DNA of 47,959 nt from a virus (taxonomy: Duplodnaviria; Caudoviricetes), in the IMG/VR virus record IMGVR_UViG_3300031757_000002, positions 1 to 47,959 of that record. The stretch is one strand, 5' to 3'. Position numbers and translations under genes: made by a program. Of this stretch, positions 38,891 through 47,438 are shown piece by piece. Every line of letters begins with the position of its first letter. The stretch's first letter is position 1. The notes beneath the pieces were generated by a model. That model was given only the letters and a program-made list of their open reading frames with translations, was not told the DNA's origin and ran no database searches.

Positions 38891-38956
38891 GGAAGGACTC
38901 AAACGAGGCTTCTTGAGCGCCGAAAGGGCTCACTAACATTCAAACAAGGAGTTAAA
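38891..38956 (+). promoter_or_regulatory. Structured 5' UTR of hsp20 with two hairpins and an SD
   Basis: GAAG..CTC-AAAC-GAG.CTTC (38892-38912); TGAGC-G-CC-GAAA-GG-GCTCA (38914-38932); AAGGAG before ATG 38957. Confidence 0.5.
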
Positions 38957-39415
38957 ATGACACATAAAAAAAATCCATCAAGAGTAAGCAGGGAAGAATT
39001 TCTCACCCCGTTCGATTCGTTATTCGATAACGTTCTAGCCAAAGCCTTCCCAGCCTTTGGTCAGGAATTTGGAATAGAGTTTTTTGGAAACAACTCTTAC
39101 CCCAAGGTAGACGTGGTAGATTATGACGATAAGATCACAATTGAAGCGGAAATCCCAGGCTTAGGAAAAGAAGAGGTATCCGTTGACCTCGAAGAAAATA
39201 TCCTTACAATTTCGGGACTAAAGCATAGTCACGATGAGGATACTAGCACGAGATATATTCGCAAAGAGCTAAAGCGCTCTTCATTTAAGCGCTCGTTCAA
39301 ACTGGGGGACAATATTAGGCACGATAAAACCAAGGCGGACTTTAATAATGGAATCCTGCTGGTCGAGCTTCCCAAGAAAGAGCCTGAGAAACCGAAGAAA
39401 ATTAAAATATTATAG
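38957..39415 (+). CDS. hsp20: Hsp20 small heat-shock protein
   Basis: YPKVDV...AEIPGLGKEEV..LTISG...SSFKRSF..ADFNNGILLVELPK. Confidence 0.95.
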   Translation: MTHKKNPSRVSREEFLTPFDSLFDNVLAKAFPAFGQEFGIEFFGNNSYPKVDVVDYDDKITIEAEIPGLGKEEVSVDLEENILTISGLKHSHDEDTSTRYIRKELKRSSFKRSFKLGDNIRHDKTKADFNNGILLVELPKKEPEKPKKIKIL

Positions 39416-40380
39416 TGCCAATCTACCCAATAAGCTTCAGCGTTCCCAGCTGCAAGGTCGTAGAAAAAGTTCCGCAAAAAAACAGGAGTTTTCCAATTTC
39501 CGCGCCTAGGCGCTGGAGGGGCAAAAGAAAATACCCCTTCGAAAAGGAGGAGGATTATTATAAAGATTACAAAGAGAGCTTTTTCGCGTACACCAAAAGG
39601 AAAAGCGGCTGGGACTGTATGAGGCATTATGAAATTTTAGCAAACGGCGGCATTCCTATTTTCGAAAACCCTGAGCAATGCCCAGAGAATACGATGACAA
39701 ATTTCCCATGGGGAATACTAAAGGAGGCGTATAGCAAGCTGGATATAAATAATTTAAACAAAGATTTGTACAATAAATTTTGCGAAGAATTAATTTCATA
39801 TACTAGAGAAAATTTAACTACAATTTCCGCAGCGAAATACATATTAAATAAATCAAATTTAAGCTCGGCAAAAAATATATTATTTTTATACAAGAAGAAG
39901 GCGCCAGATTACCTCGCAGACCTATGCCTTCATGGATTCAAGGAGCTATTGAAAAAATCCTGCCACGACTACCCTTGCGCAAATTATCTTTATAATAATT
40001 TTAACGAAGATCTTGAAGGAAGAACCTGGGACACCTACAATGATAGGGCCTCCAAATTATACGGAAGAGGATTTACATACTCTCAAAATTTAGATCGCGC
40101 AGAGTACAGGAACGAGAATGCAGATGTCGCACTTAGCAACAATATAGAAAAACATAAATACGATACAGTGATATATGGCGATTTCTATAGGCCGATAAAA
40201 AGAATCAACAGAAATAACCTTTTTGAATTCTGCGACAAAACATTAAACATGATAACGGAACATTACAAACCGAAAGAATGTATATTGCTCTGCGGAGAAG
40301 ACACCCCGACAAGACAGGCGCGCACAACGTACAATAGGCTATCAGAGCAGGGCTATAATGTTTTTATCAGGGAATTATGA
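39415..40380 (+). CDS. Putative glycosyltransferase (exostosin/GT-B-related)
   Basis: KRKSGWDCMRHYEILANGGIPIF; DYLADLCLHG, LYGRGFTY. Confidence 0.6.
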   Translation: MPIYPISFSVPSCKVVEKVPQKNRSFPISAPRRWRGKRKYPFEKEEDYYKDYKESFFAYTKRKSGWDCMRHYEILANGGIPIFENPEQCPENTMTNFPWGILKEAYSKLDINNLNKDLYNKFCEELISYTRENLTTISAAKYILNKSNLSSAKNILFLYKKKAPDYLADLCLHGFKELLKKSCHDYPCANYLYNNFNEDLEGRTWDTYNDRASKLYGRGFTYSQNLDRAEYRNENADVALSNNIEKHKYDTVIYGDFYRPIKRINRNNLFEFCDKTLNMITEHYKPKECILLCGEDTPTRQARTTYNRLSEQGYNVFIREL

Positions 40381-41150
40381 AAACCCTTTTTATATTAACT
40401 GGGCAACTAAGAGGCTTCAATCATTCGTACCCTACGATAAAGAAATTCCTTGAGCCTCATTTTGGAGACGTAGACTATTTATTTTTTTACCTAAAAGAAG
40501 GGGCCCTAGCGGAAGACTTAATGCCCAAATCAGATATTATTGACTCTCTATATATAGAAGATAATCCAGTCTCCCAAGTTCGAAACGAATTTGGAGTGCC
40601 CTCACGCGGTATGGCGGTTATGATGCAGTGGTACATGGGATATCAGGGGAAACTTTTGGCGGAAAAATATTTAAATGACTACGACTACTTCGTTAGGCTC
40701 CGCCCAGATGCTTTCTTCCTTAAGGACTTTGAATTAAACCTCCCAGACCCAACCAACGACACAATATTAGTGCCGAAAAATGCCGCGTACAAAGGTTATT
40801 GCGACAGGATTGCGGTAAGTAGTCCCAAAGGGATGGTTAAATATTTTGATTTTTATAAGGATTTATGCAAAAAACCCCCCCGAAAAAAGAAGCACTCTAG
40901 ACACAACTCAGAACAGAGGTTAAAATTTTACCTTGATTCGATTAATATGAATGTAGACAATAAACAACACATTCCCTTTTGCTTATCCGCCGAAGATGGG
41001 AGATTGAGATATGTCCCAATTGATAGAGTTAAAAACCCAGAAGAGTACAAGGCAAAACACAAAAGCCGAAAGCCATTTCTCTATGGCAGAGATTCAGGCG
41101 CGCCAAGAATAATGAGACCTTTAATAAAACAGGAGGATTTAAATATATGA
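40377..41150 (+). CDS. Putative glycosyltransferase
   Basis: ILTGQLR, YDYFVRLRPD and CDRIAV motifs, a type seen in viral glycan clusters. Confidence 0.6.
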   Translation: MKTLFILTGQLRGFNHSYPTIKKFLEPHFGDVDYLFFYLKEGALAEDLMPKSDIIDSLYIEDNPVSQVRNEFGVPSRGMAVMMQWYMGYQGKLLAEKYLNDYDYFVRLRPDAFFLKDFELNLPDPTNDTILVPKNAAYKGYCDRIAVSSPKGMVKYFDFYKDLCKKPPRKKKHSRHNSEQRLKFYLDSINMNVDNKQHIPFCLSAEDGRLRYVPIDRVKNPEEYKAKHKSRKPFLYGRDSGAPRIMRPLIKQEDLNI

Positions 41151-42028
41151 AATTTTGCTATTTAGTTCGCTCCAGAGGCCAGCTAAGGGACAATTATTCC
41201 TATCTAAAGAATAAGGATTCGGCCGTTTATGTTTCAAGTTGGGTCGATGGACATAAGAAAGAGGACTGGTTTTCGCTATTTTTCGATCCAGATACTACAT
41301 GGGGAGAAGGAAGGAATCTTTTGCTAAGCAGGGTTAAAGATATGGGTTATGATTATTTTATATTTATGGACGATGATGCGATTACAGATCTCCAAAACGG
41401 GATACCCAAGCTCCAGGATTGCCTAGTCAGAAACGAGCCTTCGGTACTATACCCAAGGATATCAAAAGCGGGAAGGTACACAAGAGACGAAATGGAGAGG
41501 ACGTATGGCGCAGATCACGCAGTTGCCTGCTTTCACAAGGATGCGGCGAAAACCCTGCTTCCCTATTACAATAGCTATCAAGAACAATCCTGGTACTACT
41601 GCCAGATTATTGTAAATTATTTACAGTATTATTTTTATGATGAATCTAGGTTTCAATATAATGATATGGTTTATAGGAATCCCGATAAAATCAAATCTTA
41701 CGGTGGCTCAGGCAAAACAATTGCCACAAAGGGGGCTCGAGGCACGAACTGGAAATTCGTACTAAAGAAAGTACTAGAATCGTTATCTGACCCAAAAATC
41801 AGAAAACTCAAGCCGCTCACTCACGGTTGGGCTAGGTCATGCAGAGTTAATAAATCTCTCTATATGGATTTTGACGAAAACAAACCCCTTCCCCCTGGTT
41901 TAGTCATAGAGGATAAATACAAAATAAATTGCGAAACATATTTCAATACAGATCATGACTACTACTTGCAAAAAAAGAAGTTTTGGGGCGCCGAATTGAC
42001 GATGCCATTTGTGAATAAAAAAAGATAA
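41147..42028 (+). CDS. GT-A (GT2-like) glycosyltransferase
   Basis: TTWGEGRNLL, YDYFIFMDDD, ADHAVACFH, LLPY. Confidence 0.62.
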   Translation: MKFCYLVRSRGQLRDNYSYLKNKDSAVYVSSWVDGHKKEDWFSLFFDPDTTWGEGRNLLLSRVKDMGYDYFIFMDDDAITDLQNGIPKLQDCLVRNEPSVLYPRISKAGRYTRDEMERTYGADHAVACFHKDAAKTLLPYYNSYQEQSWYYCQIIVNYLQYYFYDESRFQYNDMVYRNPDKIKSYGGSGKTIATKGARGTNWKFVLKKVLESLSDPKIRKLKPLTHGWARSCRVNKSLYMDFDENKPLPPGLVIEDKYKINCETYFNTDHDYYLQKKKFWGAELTMPFVNKKR

Positions 42029-42033
42029 TAAAT

Positions 42034-42702
42034 ATGACAAGCAGCAAACAGAAAGTGATTTTCATTCATATCCCCAAGACTGCGGGTTATAGCATCGGAA
42101 GATGTTTAAAAAAAGCCAAAGCCTTAAAAAAGGGTTATGGATTTTCACATACGTACATAAGGCACATTTTAAAAAAAGAAGATAGCCATTTACCAATTAT
42201 GGCAGTAGTCAGAAACCCTTATGACAGGTTGTGGTCAATATTTTCGTTTTACCGAAACAGTTATCGCCAATGTCCTAATCGGGGCGAGGTGAAAATGAAA
42301 AATACTATCCCTGAAAGCATAACATTCAAACAGTTTGTAATGGACACCCCAACAGTTCTAGCAGACGCAGGGCTCCCTGAATTTGTCAACTGCTATAATT
42401 ACTTGACCGACACGAGTAACAATATTGTTGCAACAGATATTTTAAAATTTGAAAACCTAGAGTCCGATTATGATGATTTTTGCGAAAAGTATAAAATTAA
42501 AAACAATCTCATAAAAATGAACGGCAATCCAAACAAACCGAAGGTTAACAAATCTTTACTATATGACGATGAAATGAAAAAAGCAGTAGAAGGTGTTTTT
42601 GGAAACGACCTTAAGCATTTTAATTATACTTATAAAAAATTCTTAAAAGAACTTCCAGTTGACAATTCCCTAAGAGGCGGTATATATAACATATGTACGT
42701 AA
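42034..42702 (+). CDS. Sulfotransferase family 2 protein
   Basis: FIHIPKTAGYSI (5'-PSB), VRNPYDRLWS (3'-PB), KFENL. Confidence 0.85.
   Translation: MTSSKQKVIFIHIPKTAGYSIGRCLKKAKALKKGYGFSHTYIRHILKKEDSHLPIMAVVRNPYDRLWSIFSFYRNSYRQCPNRGEVKMKNTIPESITFKQFVMDTPTVLADAGLPEFVNCYNYLTDTSNNIVATDILKFENLESDYDDFCEKYKIKNNLIKMNGNPNKPKVNKSLLYDDEMKKAVEGVFGNDLKHFNYTYKKFLKELPVDNSLRGGIYNICT
42659..42686 (+). promoter_or_regulatory. Sigma70-like promoter, probably leaderless
   Basis: TTGACA-N16-TATATA-N6-ATG (42693). Confidence 0.65.
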
Positions 42703-43589
42703 TACTTGGTAAAAACGGATACATAGCACAAGCCATCATCGCCGAATGCGAAAAGAGAGGGTTGCATTACTTGGCGCTAAGCCGATCAGATGTAGACTAT
42801 ACAGACTTTAAAGAATTCTCAGATTACGCCCATATAAATTATCATAACCGTAAAACGCCTTTTAGAAATTCAGTCATAATTAATTGTGCGGGATACGTAG
42901 GCAGACCGAATGTTGACTCTTGCGAAAAAAACAAAGGAGACACTATTATGGGAAACGTTGTGTTCCCAACGAACCTAGCGAACTTCTGCACGACAAACTA
43001 TTCCACCCTAGTACAAATATCTTCGGGCTGCATTTATAGCGGATACGAAAAGCATTTCGCGGAAGAAGACGAGCCAAACTTCACATTCAATAATGGCAGT
43101 TTTTATAGCGGAACAAAAGCCCTGTGCGAAAAAATGATATTGAGGCATAACCCCCGCTCTTATGTTTTTAGATTAAGAATACCATTCGACGAACACCCGT
43201 CCCCCCGAAACTACTTGACCAAGCTGTTGACCTATGATAGACTTATAGATGTAGAGAACTCACTTTCCCACAGAGGAGACTTCGCGCAGTACTGCATGGA
43301 TTTACTGGAAGGGGAGGCTCCACACGGAATATACAATATCACAAACAAGGGAAGCTCGACGACAAAGAGGGTGGTGGAATTAATAAAGCGCCACCTAAGA
43401 GACAACTTAAAATTTAAAATGCAAAATAAAGAATTTAATTTCTTTGAGGATTACGGAACCTTCTCGAAAGAAATTCTCGCCCCAAGATCAAATTGCGTAC
43501 TAGACACAACAAAACTAGAAAAATACGTTAAAATCAGGCCAGTAGAGGATGCATTGAGCGATTCCCTAAGTAAATACGTTATCCCATAA
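42693..43589 (+). CDS. NDP-4-keto-6-deoxyhexose reductase / epimerase-reductase (RmlD/UER1-like)
   Basis: LGKNGYIA, INCAGYVGRPNVDSCE, SSGCIY, YSGTK (YxxxK), PRSNCVLDT. Confidence 0.85.
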   Translation: MYVILGKNGYIAQAIIAECEKRGLHYLALSRSDVDYTDFKEFSDYAHINYHNRKTPFRNSVIINCAGYVGRPNVDSCEKNKGDTIMGNVVFPTNLANFCTTNYSTLVQISSGCIYSGYEKHFAEEDEPNFTFNNGSFYSGTKALCEKMILRHNPRSYVFRLRIPFDEHPSPRNYLTKLLTYDRLIDVENSLSHRGDFAQYCMDLLEGEAPHGIYNITNKGSSTTKRVVELIKRHLRDNLKFKMQNKEFNFFEDYGTFSKEILAPRSNCVLDTTKLEKYVKIRPVEDALSDSLSKYVIP

Positions 43590-43625
43590 ACTTCTCAAAG
43601 CTAAAAATAGAGTGTAAATTACTAT

Positions 43626-43838
43626 GTGTTTAAGTTTTGGCCAGCAATCTTACTAACAAGTTGTGCTACAACTTATAATCACACGCCCGAAGATACTAAA
43701 TTTGACGAAACAAAAAGAAATTGGATAGAGACCTATAGACACGAACTTGCAGTTGCCATGGAGAACAACGACTTGGCGGCGCTTAAATTTTTTATGGAAG
43801 AATTAATAAAAGAGAAACAAAGACAAGCAAAGAATTGA
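43626..43838 (+). CDS. Small putative lipoprotein
   Basis: AILLTSC lipobox-like motif; GTG start after AGTGTA. Confidence 0.55.
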   Translation: MFKFWPAILLTSCATTYNHTPEDTKFDETKRNWIETYRHELAVAMENNDLAALKFFMEELIKEKQRQAKN

Positions 43839-43862
43839 TTTTTAAAAACAAATAGATATATT
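43835..43862 (+). promoter_or_regulatory. Sigma70-like promoter, probably leaderless
   Basis: TTGATT-N16-TATATT-N6-ATG (43869). Confidence 0.65.
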
Positions 43863-43868
43863 AAAATT

Positions 43869-44711
43869 ATGAAATACCTACTAATAGCCGCTTTAATTGC
43901 GGGAAACGTTAATGCCAAGCAACACGAAGAGCTTTCGGATGAAGATTTTCATGTGAACATCGGAGAGTCTACCCTTGATGATACTCCCGCTACTGGCCTT
44001 GGCCGCGGCTGGAGCCCCTTTCCTCGTCACTGGGGACACCCACCCAAGATTCAGACTAAGGATATGGTTAAACTCCCTGCTGATTTCGGTAGGGGAAGTT
44101 CGACACTCGCTAAGTGGATTACGGAAAATCTAAAGAAGGACGCAAGGGGCTCGGACAAGGAAGAGGGCAAGAATAAGCCAAAACCAAAACCTCCAGTTAA
44201 ACCGAAGCCACAACCCCGCCCAGAACCGCCTGCCGAACTTAAGGAAAAGATGGATGCACAGAAGGAGGCTCAACAATTTCTTCAAAACGGATTGCGCGAA
44301 AAGATAAAGGCGCTCGGGAAGAAGCCATCGCGTGAAGAAGTCCGCAAGGCGGTTGAGCAATTTCGTGGAGATAACAAAGACTTAATTGAAGCCCAAAAGG
44401 AAATTGGCGAGTTAATTCAAGATTGGCAAAAGGAGAATCGCCCAGAGCGCCCCAAGAAACCCGAACCAACTGCAGAAGTAAAGCAAAAGTTACAACAAGT
44501 CCGCGAGAAGCAAAAAGAACTTGATGTAGTTAAAAAGGCTTTTCACGAAAAGTTGAAGAATTCAAAGGAGTTATCAAAGGAACAGCGCACAGACCTCATA
44601 AAAGAGTTCAAGCAAGCAAATGCTGACAAGCATAAGGCCGTCAAGAATGCACAAAAGGAACTTCAAAAAGAAATCAGAGAAACAAGGCAAACGGGAGACA
44701 GGCGTCAATGA
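43869..44711 (+). CDS. Exported helical protein
   Basis: Signal peptide MKYLLIAALIAGNVNA; HWGHPPKIQTKD..GSSTLAKWI motif; KP linker; two helical repeats. Confidence 0.75.
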   Translation: MKYLLIAALIAGNVNAKQHEELSDEDFHVNIGESTLDDTPATGLGRGWSPFPRHWGHPPKIQTKDMVKLPADFGRGSSTLAKWITENLKKDARGSDKEEGKNKPKPKPPVKPKPQPRPEPPAELKEKMDAQKEAQQFLQNGLREKIKALGKKPSREEVRKAVEQFRGDNKDLIEAQKEIGELIQDWQKENRPERPKKPEPTAEVKQKLQQVREKQKELDVVKKAFHEKLKNSKELSKEQRTDLIKEFKQANADKHKAVKNAQKELQKEIRETRQTGDRRQ

Positions 44712-44863
44712 AATACCTCACTACAATATTAGCTTCACTATTCCTCTATGGATGCACGTCCATACAAACAAAAGTTTATTTGACTCATAAATGTAACGGC
44801 GACAAGATCTGCAGATGCGACAACTGTGCGGAAAAGGGCTGCGGCGACTGCAAATGCGAGTAG
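44708..44863 (+). CDS. 51-aa lipoprotein with a Cys-rich metallothionein-like tail
   Basis: ATGA overlap; MKYLTTILASLFLYGC lipobox; tail HKCNGDKICRCDNCAEKGCGDCKCE*. Confidence 0.65.
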   Translation: MKYLTTILASLFLYGCTSIQTKVYLTHKCNGDKICRCDNCAEKGCGDCKCE

Positions 44864-44869
44864 GGCGAA

Positions 44870-45499
44870 ATGAAAATACTCCCCCTATTTTTGCTTTCCC
44901 TATTTGGGTCAACCCATTCCGCCGATTCCAAGGAAGTCCCGCCACTGTCAAGCTATAAAGACAGAATTCGTTTCATTGATCCAGAAAAAGAGGCTGCCCG
45001 CAGGGAATACAAAGGGGTAACGCTTTTTGCGGAAGAATCTTTCAGCAGGGAAAGGCGAGCTGGTAAGCCCAAGGAGCAGCCCCCAGAGCCAGATAAGAAT
45101 ATAACGTCACAGATCAACCCCCAGTCTCCGCAACTCCCAGCGGACCCAAAATTAGAGGCAGAAATAGAAGAATTAAAAAATGACCTGTCAAAACTCCAAG
45201 AAGATTTTGCCATAGCAAATGACCTATCGGAAAGGCTTTCAAAAGAAAACGCGCAAAACAAGAAAAGAATTTCCGCCCTCGAACGCTCCCCAGGTACTCC
45301 ATTTGAAGGCTGGGTATGGGGTCAGGAATTGGGCTGGGTATACGCTTCGCCCCTAATTGCTCCGTATTATTTTTCGCAGGACTTTGGGTGGTTTTTTCAC
45401 GAACCTGGGTCAAAGTCCAGGGTAGTGTATAAATTCAATAAAGAAAAATGGGAAGAAGTAAATAAAAACAATAACAACAATAGAAGTGATGAAAAATAA
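44870..45499 (+). CDS. Exported coiled-coil protein with a Trp-rich C-terminal module
   Basis: Signal peptide; GWVWGQELGWVY...FGWFF. Confidence 0.72.
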   Translation: MKILPLFLLSLFGSTHSADSKEVPPLSSYKDRIRFIDPEKEAARREYKGVTLFAEESFSRERRAGKPKEQPPEPDKNITSQINPQSPQLPADPKLEAEIEELKNDLSKLQEDFAIANDLSERLSKENAQNKKRISALERSPGTPFEGWVWGQELGWVYASPLIAPYYFSQDFGWFFHEPGSKSRVVYKFNKEKWEEVNKNNNNNRSDEK

Positions 45500-47438
45500 A
45501 AAACTAAAACGAGCCTCAGTAATAAACCTTGCCGCGGGCTACATTTGCGCTCTATCGTTTCTCTTTTTAATTATATCGAATATGCCAAGCGAATCACCTA
45601 CGGCTCCCGTTGAAACGGCAGATGACACGAAAGTTCTAGATGCCGACTTGTTTATTAGTTCCCATGGGGAGGAAATCGTGTATCTAGATAGACACGAAAC
45701 AAACCGTACTTTTATTACAGATTATGACGTAGGAATAGATAGAGGAGCTAGGGTCATACTAGACGAGGATCCAGATATATTAATCAGAAGAAATAACTTA
45801 CCACATAATACCACAATAGTTTCTAATTCAGATCGCATTGCACTAAATGATCGAAATTTAAACAGAGACTTAATTATAGATGAAGAATTGGCTAACTACG
45901 GCGTCGGCAGCATTGCTCGCACTGGCGTCTCTCGCGGGGTACATACTTCTGGCGGGATTAATGATGCTTATAACGAAGATCATCTCAGAGGTGGGCTGGA
46001 TAAGGGCGTTGACCATGGACTTCTAGAGAGAAGGCTGGCGGAGCTTGATTCTACAACCGAAAACGAAGAAAAAATCTCCATTGAGGATAAGTTTGGAATT
46101 GACGGAGACAACCTTGCGGGCCTTACGTTATCTCGGGACGGAGATGACCTTGAACTCGGTGAACTTGGTGAACTTGATGCCCAATTTGAAGGGCTCGGCA
46201 AAAACGGATTTGGATTTGACAAGGGGGATTTATATGCGTATAACTTTCCGAGCCAAGGTGTTGGCGCAGGAATCGGCAGTGGCGTGGCAGGAGCAGGAGC
46301 GGGTGGCGGAGCAGGCCTCGGCGCAGGTATTGGCGAAGCAGTATTGGGCGGAACTACAGTGCCTGCCCTCGGCGGAGTTGGAACGTATAGTTCAGTTCAA
46401 ACAGTGCCTCCTGGAACAGGAACGGATAAGGATGGAGACGGCCTTACCGCAGAGACTGAAGCTCTGCTCGGAACAGACCCAACGAAATCAGATTCCGATG
46501 GAGACGGATATTCGGACGGTGCGGAGATAACATCTCACACGAACCCAAGCAACCCAGCAAGCAACCCAGGAATCCCAGGCTCAACCGCATCTCCCGCAGT
46601 AGGTGGGGTCGGTGGACTCGTAGGGGGGGCAGGGGCAGGAGGAGCAGCGGGCTTGGTAACTGGCATGGTCAAGAAATCACTTGGAATCGGAATTGGGCCT
46701 GGTAAGGGATGCAAGGAATGCGGGGGTGAATGCAAAGGGCATGGACACGGACACGGGAAGCATGAATATGATCTTCCGCCAGACGGAGCATTGCATATCA
46801 TGATGCATGTTGACGGAAGCGGCTCTATCTTAAACACACGCAAGCAACTTGAGATCATGAGGGACACCCTGCTTAAAGATGCGTTGCTTCCATACTACAA
46901 CAACGATGAGAAGCTTTATAATAGAAGGGTTACGATCGTGGATGGCAACGGAGAAAGAACCCTGCAGTTCTTCACTGAAGCAACGAAAAAGGATAACGTG
47001 TTGGCGCTTGTTTTTCAAGACGAAGCGCAACCCGCATACCATCTACCAACCTTCAATAAGAAACCTCAGGATCATTACTCCAAGGACTTACAGAAGTTGA
47101 AGGGTGAGCTGAACGGGTATGGCGGGCTTTATCGCGGGATCATGTTCCAAGTTGACCGAGGCAAAACGTTTGCGAAATCCTTCAAGGAGTTCGTGGAAAG
47201 CGCATGGCAAGGAATGAGGTATTTGGAGAATTCAAATCTTAGAAAATATTATTGGCAAGAAAACAAACGGCACATTGAAAACAAGAATGGAGTTGTGTTC
47301 AGCGACGAGTATCACGCCAAAGACTCTGGAGACCCCCAATATTACCTAGACTTGATTATTAATGCGTCACAGAAAGTTGGCCTAGACTTAAGAGCGAAAG
47401 GGGCGGGGCTCACAGACGGAAAATACAATGATAGATGA
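45486..47438 (+). CDS. Membrane-anchored Gly-rich protein with Ca-binding DxDxDG repeats and a vWA-like C-terminal domain
   Basis: N-terminal TM; DKDGDGLT..E...GTDP..SDSDGDGYSDGAE; CKECGGEC-GHGHGH; VDGSGS (MIDAS-like DxSxS). Confidence 0.72.
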   Translation: MMKNKKLKRASVINLAAGYICALSFLFLIISNMPSESPTAPVETADDTKVLDADLFISSHGEEIVYLDRHETNRTFITDYDVGIDRGARVILDEDPDILIRRNNLPHNTTIVSNSDRIALNDRNLNRDLIIDEELANYGVGSIARTGVSRGVHTSGGINDAYNEDHLRGGLDKGVDHGLLERRLAELDSTTENEEKISIEDKFGIDGDNLAGLTLSRDGDDLELGELGELDAQFEGLGKNGFGFDKGDLYAYNFPSQGVGAGIGSGVAGAGAGGGAGLGAGIGEAVLGGTTVPALGGVGTYSSVQTVPPGTGTDKDGDGLTAETEALLGTDPTKSDSDGDGYSDGAEITSHTNPSNPASNPGIPGSTASPAVGGVGGLVGGAGAGGAAGLVTGMVKKSLGIGIGPGKGCKECGGECKGHGHGHGKHEYDLPPDGALHIMMHVDGSGSILNTRKQLEIMRDTLLKDALLPYYNNDEKLYNRRVTIVDGNGERTLQFFTEATKKDNVLALVFQDEAQPAYHLPTFNKKPQDHYSKDLQKLKGELNGYGGLYRGIMFQVDRGKTFAKSFKEFVESAWQGMRYLENSNLRKYYWQENKRHIENKNGVVFSDEYHAKDSGDPQYYLDLIINASQKVGLDLRAKGAGLTDGKYNDR

